A stretch of 63,839 bases of DNA, filler included, from Octopus bimaculoides (GCF_001194135.2; 9 parts of 9 records of this genome joined end to end with filler, not necessarily neighbours in it); one strand, 5' to 3'. Numbered from the whole stretch's first letter, positions 22,801 through 34,819 are shown. Notes: generated by a model not told the origin, from the letters alone. Numbers and translations: made by a program.

Positions 22801-25498
22801 AACGAACGAACAATTGAACAAACGAACGTACGTACGTACTTACGAACGAACGAACGTACGTATGTACGAACGATCATACGTACGAACGAACGATATGACG
22901 AAGGAACGAAAGAATGAACGAAAGAGCGAACAAAGATCGAAAGAAACAAAAAAGATCGAAAGTACTACGTACCAACGAACGTACGTACAAACAAACGAAC
23001 GAAAGAAAGAAAGAAGAAACATACGAACGAACGTACGTACGTCCGAACGAACGAGGGAACGAACGAAATAACGAAGGAAGGAAAGAACGAACTAACGTAC
23101 GAACAAACGAACGATTGAACGAACGAAATAACGAAAGAATGAATGAATGAACGAACGAACGAGCAAAAGAACGAAGGAACGTACGTACGAACGAACGTAC
23201 GAACGAATGAACGTACGAACGAACGTACGTACGAATGAACGTACGTATGAACGTACGTACGAACGTACGTAAGTACGAATGAACGATCGAAGGCATGAAC
23301 GAACGAACGTACGTACAAACGAACGTACGGACGAACGTACGTACGTTCGAACGAACGATGAAATGAAAGAAATAACGAAGGAACGAAAGATCGGACGAAA
23401 GAACGAACGAATGATCGAATGAACGTACGTACGAACATACGGACGAACGTACGTACGTACGTACGAACGAACGATGGAACGATAGAAATAACGAAGGAAC
23501 GAAAGAACGAACAAAGATCGAAAGAAAGAACGAACGAATGATCGAACGAACGTACGTACGTACGAATGAACGAACGTACGAACGAACGATGGAACGAAAG
23601 AAATGACGAAGGAACGAAAGAACGAACAAACATCGAAAGAAAGAACGAACGATCGAACGAACGTACGTACGAACGAACGATTGAACGAACGTACGTACGT
23701 ACGAATGAACGAACGAACGAAAGTACGTACGTACGAACGTACGATGGAACGAAAGAAATGACGAAGGAACGAAAGAACGAACAAACGAAAAAAAAGAACG
23801 GACGAACGAACAAACGTACGTACTAACGAAGGAACGAACGGTCGTCCGTACGTAAGAACGAGCGATCGTACGAACGATCGAACGATCGAACGAACAATTG
23901 AACAAACGAACGTACGCATGTACGTACGTACGAACGAACGTACGTACGTACTTACGAACGAACGAACGTTCGTACGTACGAACGAACGTACGTATGTACG
24001 AACGATCGTACGTACGAACGTACGCACGTACGAACGAACGAAATGACGAAGGAACGAAAGAATGAACGAAAGAGCGAACAAAGATCGAAAGAAATAAAGA
24101 AAGATCGAAAGTACGTACGTACCAACGAACGAACGTACGTACAAACAAACGAACGGACGAACGAAAGAAAGAAAGAAGAAACATACGAACGAAGGTACGT
24201 ACGAATGAACGTACGTACGAACGATTGAACGAACGTACGTACGTAAGAATGAACGAACGAAGGCATGAACAAACGAACGAACGTACGTACGTGCGAAACA
24301 ACGAACGAACGTACGTACGTTCGAAAGAACGATGGAACGAACGAAATAACGAAAGAACGAAAGAATGAATGAAAGAAAGAACGAAAGATCGAACGAACGT
24401 ACGTACGTACGAACGAATGAACGAACGAACGAGCAAAAGAACGTACGAACGTACGTAGGAACGAACGTACGTAGGAACTAACGAACGTACGAATGATCGT
24501 ACGTACGAACTAACTTACGTACGAACGAACATACGTGCCTCCGAACGAACGATGGAGCGAACGAAATAACGAAGGAAGGAAAGAATGAACGAAAGATCGA
24601 ACGAAAGAACGGACTAACGTACCTACAAACGAACGATATTTCGTGCCTTCGTATATACGTACGTTCGGTCGTTCCTTCGTTCGTTCATTCGTACGATTGT
24701 TCGTTCGTACGTACGTTTGTCCTTTCGTTCGTTCGTTCGTTCGTTCGTACGTACGTACTTACGTACGTTCGTTCTTTCTTTCGTTAGTACATACGTACGT
24801 CCATTCGTTCGTTCGTTTGTTCGTTCGTACGTACGTACGTACTTTCTTTCTTTCGTACGTTCGTATGTACGTTCGTTCGTACGGTCGTTCATTCGTTTGT
24901 TCTTACGAACGTACGTACGTACGGACGTACGTTCGTTCGTTCGTTCGTTCTTTCATTCGTTCTTTCGTTCGTATGTACGTACGCACTAACGTACTTGAGT
25001 ACGTTCGTTCCTTCGTCCATACGTACTTACGTACAAACGTTCATTCGTTTGTTCGTTCGTCCGTTCGTATGTATGTAAGTTGGTTTGATATTTTGTGTCT
25101 ACGTACATACGAACGAACGAACGAATGCATGCACGTACGTACGTGCGAACGAACGTACGAACGAACGAACGGACGGACGGACGTACGTAGGAAAGAACGA
25201 ACGAACAAACATACGTGCATACGTATTTATGTAAGTACTTATGAACGAACGAACGAACGAACGAACGAACGAACAAAAGAAAGAACGAACGAACGAACAA
25301 ACATACGTACCTACGTACGTAAAAACGACCGAAGAAACGAACGAACGAAAGCACGTACGTATGTAGGTACGAACGAACTAACGACCAAACCAACGAACGA
25401 ACGATCGAACGTACGAACGAACGAATGAACGATCAAACGAAGGAACGAACGTACTTACGTACGAACGAACGTACTTACGTACGAGCGAATGAACGATT

Positions 25499-25529
<31 letters not shown>

Positions 25530-25660
25530 CGAACGAATGTACGTACGTACGTATGAACGACCGAACGAACGAACGAACGAACGAACGAATGAACGAACGA
25601 ACGTACGTACGTACGAACAAACGAACGACGAAGGAACGTACGTACATACGTCCGAACGTA
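7840..25660. repeat. Giant cryptic tetranucleotide satellite (GTTC/GTAC units, inverted domains GAAC/GTAC), CpG at most unit junctions
   Basis: Parses in strict 4-nt register, e.g. 7841: attc gttc atac gtac attc gttc gtac gtac gatc gttt gttc gttc cttc. Continues with internal N gaps to 25660. The left end abuts an artificial linker, so the true length may be greater. Confidence 0.97.
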
Positions 25661-26272
25661 TGAGAAAGAGTGAGAAATAGAGTGAGCAAGGAATGGGGCG
25701 AAAGATAAGACAGACAGACAGACAGACAGACAGATAGATAGATAGATAGATAACTTTCTTTTATTAGCCACACAGGGCTGCACACATAGATAGGTAAGAA
25801 ACATTGAAAGGGGACATAACCAAGTATCACCTCCAATTAGTTACAGAATGTGTTGAAAGAGTTACTTCCCTGGAAACATAGACTCGTTTTCTGCGTTCTG
25901 TCAACGTTCTTTCTTTCTTTGCTCTTTTCTCTTACTCANNNNNNNNNNNNNNNNNNNNNNNNNNNNNNNNNNNNNNNNNNNNNNNNNNNNNNNNNNNNNN
26001 NNNNNNNNNNNNNNNNNNNNNNNNNNNNNNNNNNNNNNNNNNNNNNNNNNNNNNNNNNNNNNNNNNNNNNNNNNNNNNNNNNNNNNNNNNNNNNNNNNNN
26101 NNNNNNNNNNNNNNNNNNNNNNNNNNNNNNNNNNNNNNNNNNNNNNNNNNNNNNNNNNNNNNNNNNNNNNNNNNNNNNNNNNNNNNNNNNNNNNNNNNNN
26201 NNNNNNNNNNNNNNNNNNNNNNNNNNNNNNNNNNNNNNNNNNNNNNNNNNNNNNNNNNNNNNNNNNNNNNNN

Positions 26273-26610
26273 AACAACAACAATAAAACCATAGACACCA
26301 CCACCACCGCTACCACCACCGCTACCACCACTACCACCACCACCACCACTACCACCACCACCGCTACCACCACCACTACCACCACCACTACCGCTACCAC
26401 CACCACCAACCTCATTACTACAATCACCAACAACAACAATAACAGTAGCAACAACTGAAACATCAACAACTACTAACTACTACTGCTACTACTACCACCA
26501 CCACCACCAACAACACTACTACTGCTACTGCTACTACTACTACTAGCAACATCATCATAAATCTCACCACCACCACCACCAATAACAACAGCAGCAACAG
26601 CAGCAAGAAG
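26273..26610. repeat. Compound (ACC)/(ACT)/(AAC) trinucleotide repeat
   Basis: Direct reading; source of the poly-T and poly-V ORFs. Confidence 0.9.
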
Positions 26611-26943
26611 ACTGTGCAGTCAGCCGCACCGCCGCCGTCACCCGCCACAAGCATCACACCTCTAAGATCAATAACCAATCAATTGCGCAAAAAGCAATTA
26701 AACGCCAGCCATCATTATTGTATCGATCTGTTACATCTTGATTGATTTGTGGAATGTATGTAACAGGATGGCGTGTGTACGATTTATGATGCAGTGCACA
26801 CTTTGGACGCACACACGCAGCACACACATTAAGATATGTGCGTGTGTACATTTATGTACACATGCTTACACATACATGTTTACTTGTGCGTGTATGTATA
26901 TATACATGTATATATATATATATACATATATATACATATATAC

Positions 26944-27006
<63 letters not shown>

Positions 27007-27892
27007 CATATATATACATTTGTGTGTGTGTGCATGTTTACGTCACCGTAAATTAGCGTTTCAACAAAACAGACCGACAGAATAAGAACCAGTCTTGCAA
27101 AGACAAAGAAAGCAAAACAAATAAAAGTTACTGGGTCGATTCATCCGACTAAAATTTCTCCAAGGTGGTGCCCCAGCATGGTCGCAGTCTCATNNNNNNN
27201 NNNNNNNNNNNNNNNNNNNNNNNNNNNNNNNNNNNNNNNNNNNNNNNNNNNNNNNNNNNNNNNNNNNNNNNNNNNNNNNNNNNNNNNNNNNNNNNNNNNN
27301 NNNNNNNNNNNNNNNNNNNNNNNNNNNNNNNNNNNNNNNNNNNNNNNNNNNNNNNNNNNNNNNNNNNNNNNNNNNNNNNNNNNNNNNNNNNNNNNNNNNN
27401 NNNNNNNNNNNNNNNNNNNNNNNNNNNNNNNNNNNNNNNNNNNNNNNNNNNNNNNNNNNNNNNNNNNNNNNNNNNNNNNNNNNNNNNNNNNNNNNNNNNN
27501 NNNNNNNNNNNNNNNNNNNNNNNNNNNNNNNNNNNNNNNNNNNNNNNNNNNNNNNNNNNNNNNNNNNNNNNNNNNNNNNNNNNNNNNNNNNNNNNNNNNN
27601 NNNNNNNNNNNNNNNNNNNNNNNNNNNNNNNNNNNNNNNNNNNNNNNNNNNNNNNNNNNNNNNNNNNNNNNNNNNNNNNNNNNNNNNNNNNNNNNNNNNN
27701 NNNNNNNNNNNNNNNNNNNNNNNNNNNNNNNNNNNNNNNNNNNNNNNNNNNNNNNNNNNNNNNNNNNNNNNNNNNNNNNNNNNNNNNNNNNNNNNNNNNN
27801 NNNNNNNNNNNNNNNNNNNNNNNNNNNNNNNNNNNNNNNNNNNNNNNNNNNNNNNNNNNNNNNNNNNNNNNNNNNNNNNNNNNNNNNNNNNN

Positions 27893-27926
<34 letters not shown>

Positions 27927-28173
27927 GTTTTAGGGAAAAGAACCAAGGTTCATGAACTCATCGATGAAAATCCACTGTCATATAGAAAAATTAATTTTAT
28001 ATATATATATATATATATACACACACGCTAATACACGACTTATAATCCCCAATCCTGTTCATACAACGAATGGGGCATAACTAGCCGGTATACAGCACTT
28101 ACTCGGTATTCCCTGTATCCTCCTGGGTTTAGTTAAATCCAATACCCTTCTCAACCTTATATATGTATATATA

Positions 28174-28337
28174 GGCGCAGGCGTGACTGTATGGTACGAA
28201 GCTTGCTTCTCAACCACATGGTTCTGGGTTCAGTCCTTCTGGGTGGCACCTTAGGCAAGTTTCTTCTACTATAGCCCTGGGCCAACCAAAAGCCTTGTGA
28301 GCAGGTTCAGTAGACAGAAACTGAAAAAAAACCCGTC

Positions 28338-28340
<3 letters not shown>
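28174..28340 (+). mobile_element. tRNA-derived SINE family B
   Basis: GGCGCAGGCGTGACTGTATGGTA (A-box-like), GGTTCTGGGTTCAGTCC (B-box-like), GGCACCTTAGGCAAGT..AAAGCCTTGTGAG..GAAACTGAAA. Confidence 0.85.
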
Positions 28341-28369
<29 letters not shown>

Positions 28370-30159
28370 NNNNNNNNNNNNNNNNNNNNNNNNNNNNNNN
28401 NNNNNNNNNNNNNTTAATTAATTAANNNNNNNNNNNNNNNNNNNNNNNNNNNNNNNNNNNNNNNNNNNNTTGAACACAGGGGTCAATATAATCGACTATT
28501 CTCCACCTGCCCGAAGCCGCCGTTGTGGGAAAAATTTTAAATAATAATAATAATAAATAAATAATAATAATAATAATAATGACCTCTGCCGATCAAACTC
28601 CCAACCCACAACGAAGTCTTAAGTGTATATATATATATGGGCAACACACACACTAAATAAAAAAGATGTTAGTAAGTAAAAGTGTTTTAAAAAAGATTGT
28701 TAAATTTTCAGATTAACACCCGTACGATTTTCACTACAGTGTTAGGGTTAGGGTTTGTTAGGGTTAGGGTATTTGAGAAAGATATCTCGATGGTGAAGGA
28801 CGGTGTTAGAAATGGAAAGTAAACTTAAAATTCCCGCCAAATTGGAATGAGGTCATTGGTAACCATAAGTACATATATATGTGTGTATTTACGTATGATT
28901 AGTAGTGTGTCTGTTTATTTGACTCTCACTCTCCTTCGTTTCTCTGTCTTTTTTCTTGGATCGTTGGTAATCGTTCATAAGAGAAATTAGCAATTGCAAC
29001 GATGTGTAAGAGGAATAGAAATAGTTAATTTTAGAGGGGCAAAGTAATTTTGTATGTAGTTTTAATATCTGTCATTAGAGTATCGAAATGTGATTGTTTC
29101 AGTTTTGATCTTTTTGTATTTGTTGTTGGATTGATCGTAAATGTTCATAAGAGAAAGTAGGAGTTGAAAGGATTTGTATTAGAAAGAGGAAATTAGATTT
29201 TATTAGGGAGAAAATGTTTACTGCTGTAGGTTTATGTATTTTATTCATTATTAGGAAATTTAATGAGTGAAAAATGACGCAGTGACCTAACAAATTGTAT
29301 TTAGAATATTAATTGCGATTGTTTAATCGAAGAAATTTGGAATTGTGTAAATGTACGAATTTTAAACATACACACACACAGAGAAAATTTGCCTTTTATA
29401 GCATAGATACATACATACATANNNNNNNNNNNNNNNNNNNNNNNNNNNNNNNNNNNNNNNNNNNNNNNNNNNNNNNNNNNNNNNNNNNNNNNNNNNNNNN
29501 NNNNNNNNNNNNNNNNNNNNNNNNNNNNNNNNNNNNNNNNNNNNNNNNNNNNNNNNNNNNNNNNNNNNNNNNNNNNNNNNNNNNNNNNNNNNNNNNNNNN
29601 NNNNNNNNNNNNNNNNNATATATATATATATATATATAAATTTAAGGAATGGAGAAAACGCATGTTATAATTGCATACTTTATTCCTACATATGTTTCAA
29701 AGGATTACAACCTATGTGATCCATAGGGATCTGTTATGTTAAAATTGTAACATTCTCTTCAGGGAATGCATGGGAATCGTGCGTGTGCACGTATGTGAGT
29801 GCGCGAGCGCGTATGCGAGTGCGTGCGTGTATGTGTGTTTGTGTGTGTGTATTTGTGAGAGTCAATGTTGTCGTGAGACAACAACACTGACTTTCTCGAA
29901 ACATCCCAAAGACAATATTGTCCTTGAGATTTGGAACGATCGCACTAATGTATTTGGGTGGACGATGGAACTTGTCCAGGAATTTAACAGGTACATCTAG
30001 GATATCCTAGGGCTGGTTGAAGGTAGGTGGACTGGATTTGGAGCGACCACAGAAGATGAAAACCACAAACTATATCAAGTCCCTGAGTGACAATACCAAG
30101 AATATATTTCAAGGAATGGCTTTAGAAGCATTATGGAGAAGAAGACGAAGAATTTAAAA

Positions 30160-30294
30160 GAAGAAGAAGAAGAAAAAGAAGAAGAAGAAAAAGAAGAAGA
30201 AGAAGAAGAAGAAGAAGAAGAAGAAGAAGAAGAAGAAGAAGAAGAAGAAGAAGAAGAAGAAGAAGAAGAAGAAGAAGAAGAAGAAGAAGAAGAA
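30160..30294. repeat. (GAA)n trinucleotide tract, ~45 units
   Basis: Direct reading. Confidence 0.97.
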
Positions 30295-30474
30295 TGTAAC
30301 CGCGGGTCACTGTTGACATTTTGGGTGTATTTGCTTTAAGACAGCACCTGGGAAGACCGAGCTAAAGGGTCAGGTGTTTAGTAGGTAATAAAACATTGTG
30401 AATAGGAAAGTCAGGAAGAAAATGAGTGAAACCAAAAGAGGAATGGGCAACAGACCGTGCAAAAGCATAAGTTA

Positions 30475-31427
30475 TCTATACTATATATAAAACAGAGATG
30501 TGTGTGTAATCGCTTTTCACGTGAAATCGACTTCACCAAATGCTTCCATACTTGTGATGCATGAATAATTTGACCTCGGATAAATGTTAGGCTCTTCATT
30601 TGAGTTTTTTAATTAAAAATAAATAATATTGCTTTATATTTAAGATTCACTTCTTTAAAAAGGTTCCTCAATGTCAACTTCCGGTATTGACGTAACAACG
30701 GCAAAAAGCTTCACTCTCTATTTTGTGTGTTCGTATGTATGAGAGAGAGAGAGAGAGAGTAAATACTACATACACACCGCTCTCTCACTCTGTCTCACCC
30801 ACATACACACGCACACACACACCCCTTGACTCACTCACACTCTGTCTCTTACAAACACGCACGCGCGCGCATACACACGTGTGTCTTTGTAAATATGTTT
30901 GTATACATTTATGTATGTGTGTGTTTGTAAGAGACAGAGTGTGAGTGAGTCAAGGGCTGTGTTGTCATATGCATACATCCAAAGATGTATGTATATTTAT
31001 GCATGTACGTTTACATGACAACAAACCTCTCTCTCTCACTCACACTCTGTCTCTTACAAACACACACATGCGTAAATGTATACAAACATATTTATAAAGT
31101 CACACGTGTGTATGCGCGCGCGCGTGCGTGCGTGCGTGGGGGGTTCCACAATCGCCATTTATTTCAATTACTCTTGTGAGGATATTCACGTAAATCATTT
31201 TTTTCATTTAATCCCCATTTTAATTTTCGTAAAAGTTTCCAAGTACCAATGAGGCTTTTTGGCACATCTTCAATTCCCCCCATTCATGAGAGGCGCCCAG
31301 CCATCATTCATCTGAGAGTCCATCTACAGAATGTCCTCAAATTTCTATACAGCATATTTTGCCTTAGTTTTCTTCAAGTATATAAGCAACAATTTCATTC
31401 CCGAGCAACGCCGGGTGCCTCTGCTAG
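30475..31427 (+). mobile_element. Non-autonomous Helitron, both ends present
   Basis: 5' A|TCTATACTATATATAAAA at 30474/75; 3' hairpin CCCGAGCAACGCCGGG 31400-31415 then CTAG|T at 31424-31428; AT target. Internal peptide PIHERRPAIIHLRVHLQN resembles the Helitron Rep-Hel motif IHERxPxVVHLxVHLENGQ. Confidence 0.8.
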
Positions 31428-32839
31428 TAAAGTTATAAAGTATACATTATAAAGTTAGGATAACAGGCAGTGCAAAAGTATAAAAGTTAGTTACAAAACA
31501 AAGGAACACACCGACGCTATCATTGACGACAAAATAGGCCTGCTCCTCATGTATGAGAATGATGTAATCCAGGGATGGTTTGAGTATTTCAAAAACATTT
31601 ACAGTTACAAACACAAAGATGACAGCAACATCCTAGACAATTCTAACAAAAGAGAACTTGGGACATACTCCAATTCTCCGGGAGGAAGTTAAACAGGCAG
31701 TGCGTATGCTCAAAGATAGCAAGTTGCTCAGAGTTGATAAAATCCTATTAGGGCTCTTAAAATAAGATGAGCGAAAGTTTATCAAGGCACTAACAGTTAC
31801 CTGTCAGAAGATATGGGTAACGATGATACCCATTTCTAAGAAAGGCAGCTTAGGACTCTGCCAGAAATATAGAACATTCTGCATAACTAGCAACACCAGC
31901 AAAGTATTACTAAGGGTTCTGCTAAACGGACTTAAAGCTTAGGAGTTCGCCAGAAATAGAGAACAGTCTTTGGAACTAGCTACACCAGCAAATACTAATC
32001 TGCATAACTAGCTACGCCAGCAAAGTATCGTTAAGACTTCTGCTAAACAGATTTAAATGGAATTCAGAAGAAAAATCTTGTAGATGAAGAGGCAGGATAT
32101 AGGCCATAAAAGAGTATTGTGGAGCAGATATAAAACATTAGACTTCTCACTGGGAAGCATCTGTACTACCAATCTGACCTCTATCACCACTTCATCGACT
32201 TGAAAAACGACTTTGAAACAATGGTTTGTGAGAGTGATGAAAAATTACAACTTCGACAACAACCACATCGAAATAGTCCAAGCACTGTATGTGCACTCAA
32301 GCAGCGCAGTTATCCTTAACAATAACCTCGAATTATTCTTCAGGACTACAGTGGATTTTCGACAAAGATGTCTCCTCTCTCCAGTGCTTTTCGGTATCAT
32401 GGGACAACATCACACAGGATGCACTTCAAGTCCGCCACCCCTCTACTTTCATTGGAGGATGTCCCATTTCCAACTGGCGCTTTGTTGATGATATAGGTCT
32501 GTTATAAATATCAAGACATTTAGATCAACCTTTCTCCGGAACGTGTGTTCGCCTTCCTTGGGACAGATGCCAAGACAACCCAATCTTTTTAGTCCAAACT
32601 GTCCCATGCTGCGGTCAGACTACAATTTTTAAAAGGAAAAGAATGTATGAATGTATGCGGGCGTGCATACATGTTTTCTTTATCTTTTTAATTTTCAGCA
32701 AACTTTTGACTATTCCGTCGGTTACGAAGTCGAGGGTCACAGCTGATACAATCAACGGAACAATCTACTCGTGAAACTAACTTGCAAGTGACTGAGCACT
32801 CCACAGACATGTGTACCCTTAACGCAGTTCTCAGTTCAA

Positions 32840-33127
32840 GGGCGGTGAGCTGGCTGAATCGTTAGCAGACCGGGCGAAATGTTTAGCGTCATTTCGTCTA
32901 TCACTATTTTCTGAGTTCATATTCCGCCGAGGTTGACTTTGCTTTTCATCCTTTCAGGGTCGATAAATTAAGTTGCGTACTGGGGTCGTTCTAGTCGACT
33001 GGCGTCGTCCCCTAAAATTTCGGGCTTTGTACCTAGGGTAGAAAAGATTATTGCTCTCTACAGTTTTAAGGCGGCGAGCTGGCAGGAATGTTAGCACGCC
33101 GGGCGAAATGCTTAGCAGTATAACGTC
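32840..33127 (+). mobile_element. SINE family A (full copy plus 5' fragment)
   Basis: GGCGGTGAGCTGGC..TCGTTAGC (A-box-like), GAGTTCATATTCC (B-box-like), GAGGTTGACTTTGCTTTTCATCC. Confidence 0.85.
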
Positions 33128-33249
33128 TCCGTGAATTATTGTGAATACCGCTGTGTTACTCTGTGTGAATTACTGTGAATAATTGTGATTTTTGTGGAAT
33201 TATTATTGTTACGTTTCATGCGAGCCGCTGCATATTTTTCCCCAGCTGT

Positions 33250-34524
33250 GGCGAGTGGTAGTGTCTCCAGTATAGAGAGTTACGCCAGGGCCACTGCGGC
33301 GAAGAAGCCAGTGCCGCTGGAAACCAAATTGATCAAGCTGGATACGGAGGAGGTGAGCTGAAGCAGGAATTTGATAGAATCATACAAATTGTCCCCTCCC
33401 TCACAAAAGAGACCAAGGAAGACAAAATTCTGAGGACAGTTGTGTATTGTACACAGGCTGTCAAAACCTGTAAAATTGAAATGGTGACGGAAGAGGAAAT
33501 CGAGGAGTGCCTGGGTGAAATTGTGAATGAAGCCACGTACATCAGCAGAAGAAGAAAGTTCGTTAAGGTAGAGGTGAGGTTCGCCACTATAGAAGAGGAA
33601 ACCCAGTATGCGACTAACATTTTAAGAAATACAAAAATAGCATTACTACCAAGTTATAGAGGAAGAAGTGTGAGAATACGTATTCCCAGAGTGCCACCAG
33701 AAATTAAACCGGAGTGGTTGGTTGCATCAGTTCTGGTTGCAACCAAAGTGGATCCGGAAGTGGGACAAGTGGCGGAAACAAAAGTGTGCAAATGGTAGGG
33801 ATTTGGACTCGAAATGTGGCTTTTTGCCACATTCGAGGACATAGAAAGAATTCCCTACCAGATAGAAGTGGAGGACGAGAGAATGTTAAATGTCGTAGTC
33901 GAGGGAAGGAAACCAAATTGTTACATATGCGGAGAAAGAGCTCATATGAAGACCAAATGCCCCATACATGAGTTCACACAGCCACAGCAAGAGAAAGCAC
34001 AAGCAGAGGAGGAAAACATTGTAGACCACACTGAGGAAATGAAAGAGAGGCAGAAGTGTGAAACAGAGAAAGCAAAGAAGAACGAAAATGGAGCTACTAT
34101 CCCTAAAATGCGAAAGAAAAATAAGTCAAAGGAAAGGTCAACAGAAAACAAAAAGAGATAGAAAAACCAGAAACTAATAATGTACAAGAAGAGGAGGAGA
34201 GAACGGATAAGGATGTCAAATACAAGGCGGGTGGGTTGATAAAGTACGAGAATTGCGAGCAGATGGAGTGAAAAGTCGAGAGGTTGGAGGAAATAATAAG
34301 AGTGAAGATGCCGGAAAAATGTGCTGAGAAATGCATTTTGATACATGAGAAAAACTACTGGGAGTACATAAAAGAACTTGGTGAAAATATAACAACGATA
34401 AGGGTATGGTTGGTGGAGGCACCACACCTTAGAACTGATTATTTGCAGTTGATAAGGACGGAAGTAACAGTGGTTAATGGGAGAAATGTAACGCGAGTGT
34501 TTCAATTTTTTGAGTTGCAAAACC
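33250..34524 (+). pseudogene. gag/ORF1-like remnant (RRM-like segment and CCHC zinc knuckle) of a non-LTR-type element
   Basis: ORFs 33442-33798 and 33814-34161 share one frame, separated by a single TAG. IRIPRVPPEIKPEWL, VVVEGRKPNCYICGERAHMKTKCP (CX2CX4HX4C), then a K/E-rich tail. Confidence 0.7.
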
Positions 34525-34819
34525 NNNNNNNNNNAATGGGAGAAATGTAACGCGAGTGTTTCAATTTTTTGAGTTGCAAAACCGTTAAAATGTCTACATG
34601 ATGTTGAACGTAAAAGTGAAAACTGGATAAAGGTAACTACCCGACTTCGGGGGTCGTGTGGACATTGCGCCTCATTTTTTCGTTCTCATTCTTGCATATT
34701 ATCATTGTATTTTAATTTTTCTTCTACTATTATCATTCGCTTTTGTAATTTTTAGTTCCCCGATTTTATGTTTGTAGCGTTTTGTACCGTCTTTATATTT
34801 TGTGATGTCTTCAAAATTC

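Larger units (their letters stand above)
29910..32510 (+). pseudogene. Decayed RTE-clade LINE (APE endonuclease and RT fragments) interrupted by (GAA)n and a Helitron
   Basis: 29910-30090: WNDRT..RYI*DILGLVEGRWTGFGATTEDENHKLY (APE N-terminus). 31500-32510: IIDDKIG..WFEYFKNIY, ILREEVKQAVRMLK, KKGSLGLCQKYRTF, FIDLKNDF, RQRCLLSPVLF, RFVDDIGL. Confidence 0.85.

Noticed and set aside
7840-25660. CRISPR-like or information-storing array
   Set aside because: No constant repeat with unique spacers and no cas genes; eukaryotic context; the variation is explained by point mutation and slippage.
7959-25836. Dozens of long ORFs (up to 1077 aa) of RSFV/RTYV or NERT repeats
   Set aside because: An automatic consequence of a 4-nt repeat poor in stop codons plus translation through N runs; all frames give the same peptide, and there is no start or splice context.
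25850-26678. Thr-rich mucin-like ORF
   Set aside because: Trinucleotide repeat plus N gap; no signal peptide or exon evidence.
30133-30339. Poly-Glu / poly-Leu ORFs
   Set aside because: Translation of the (GAA)n tract.
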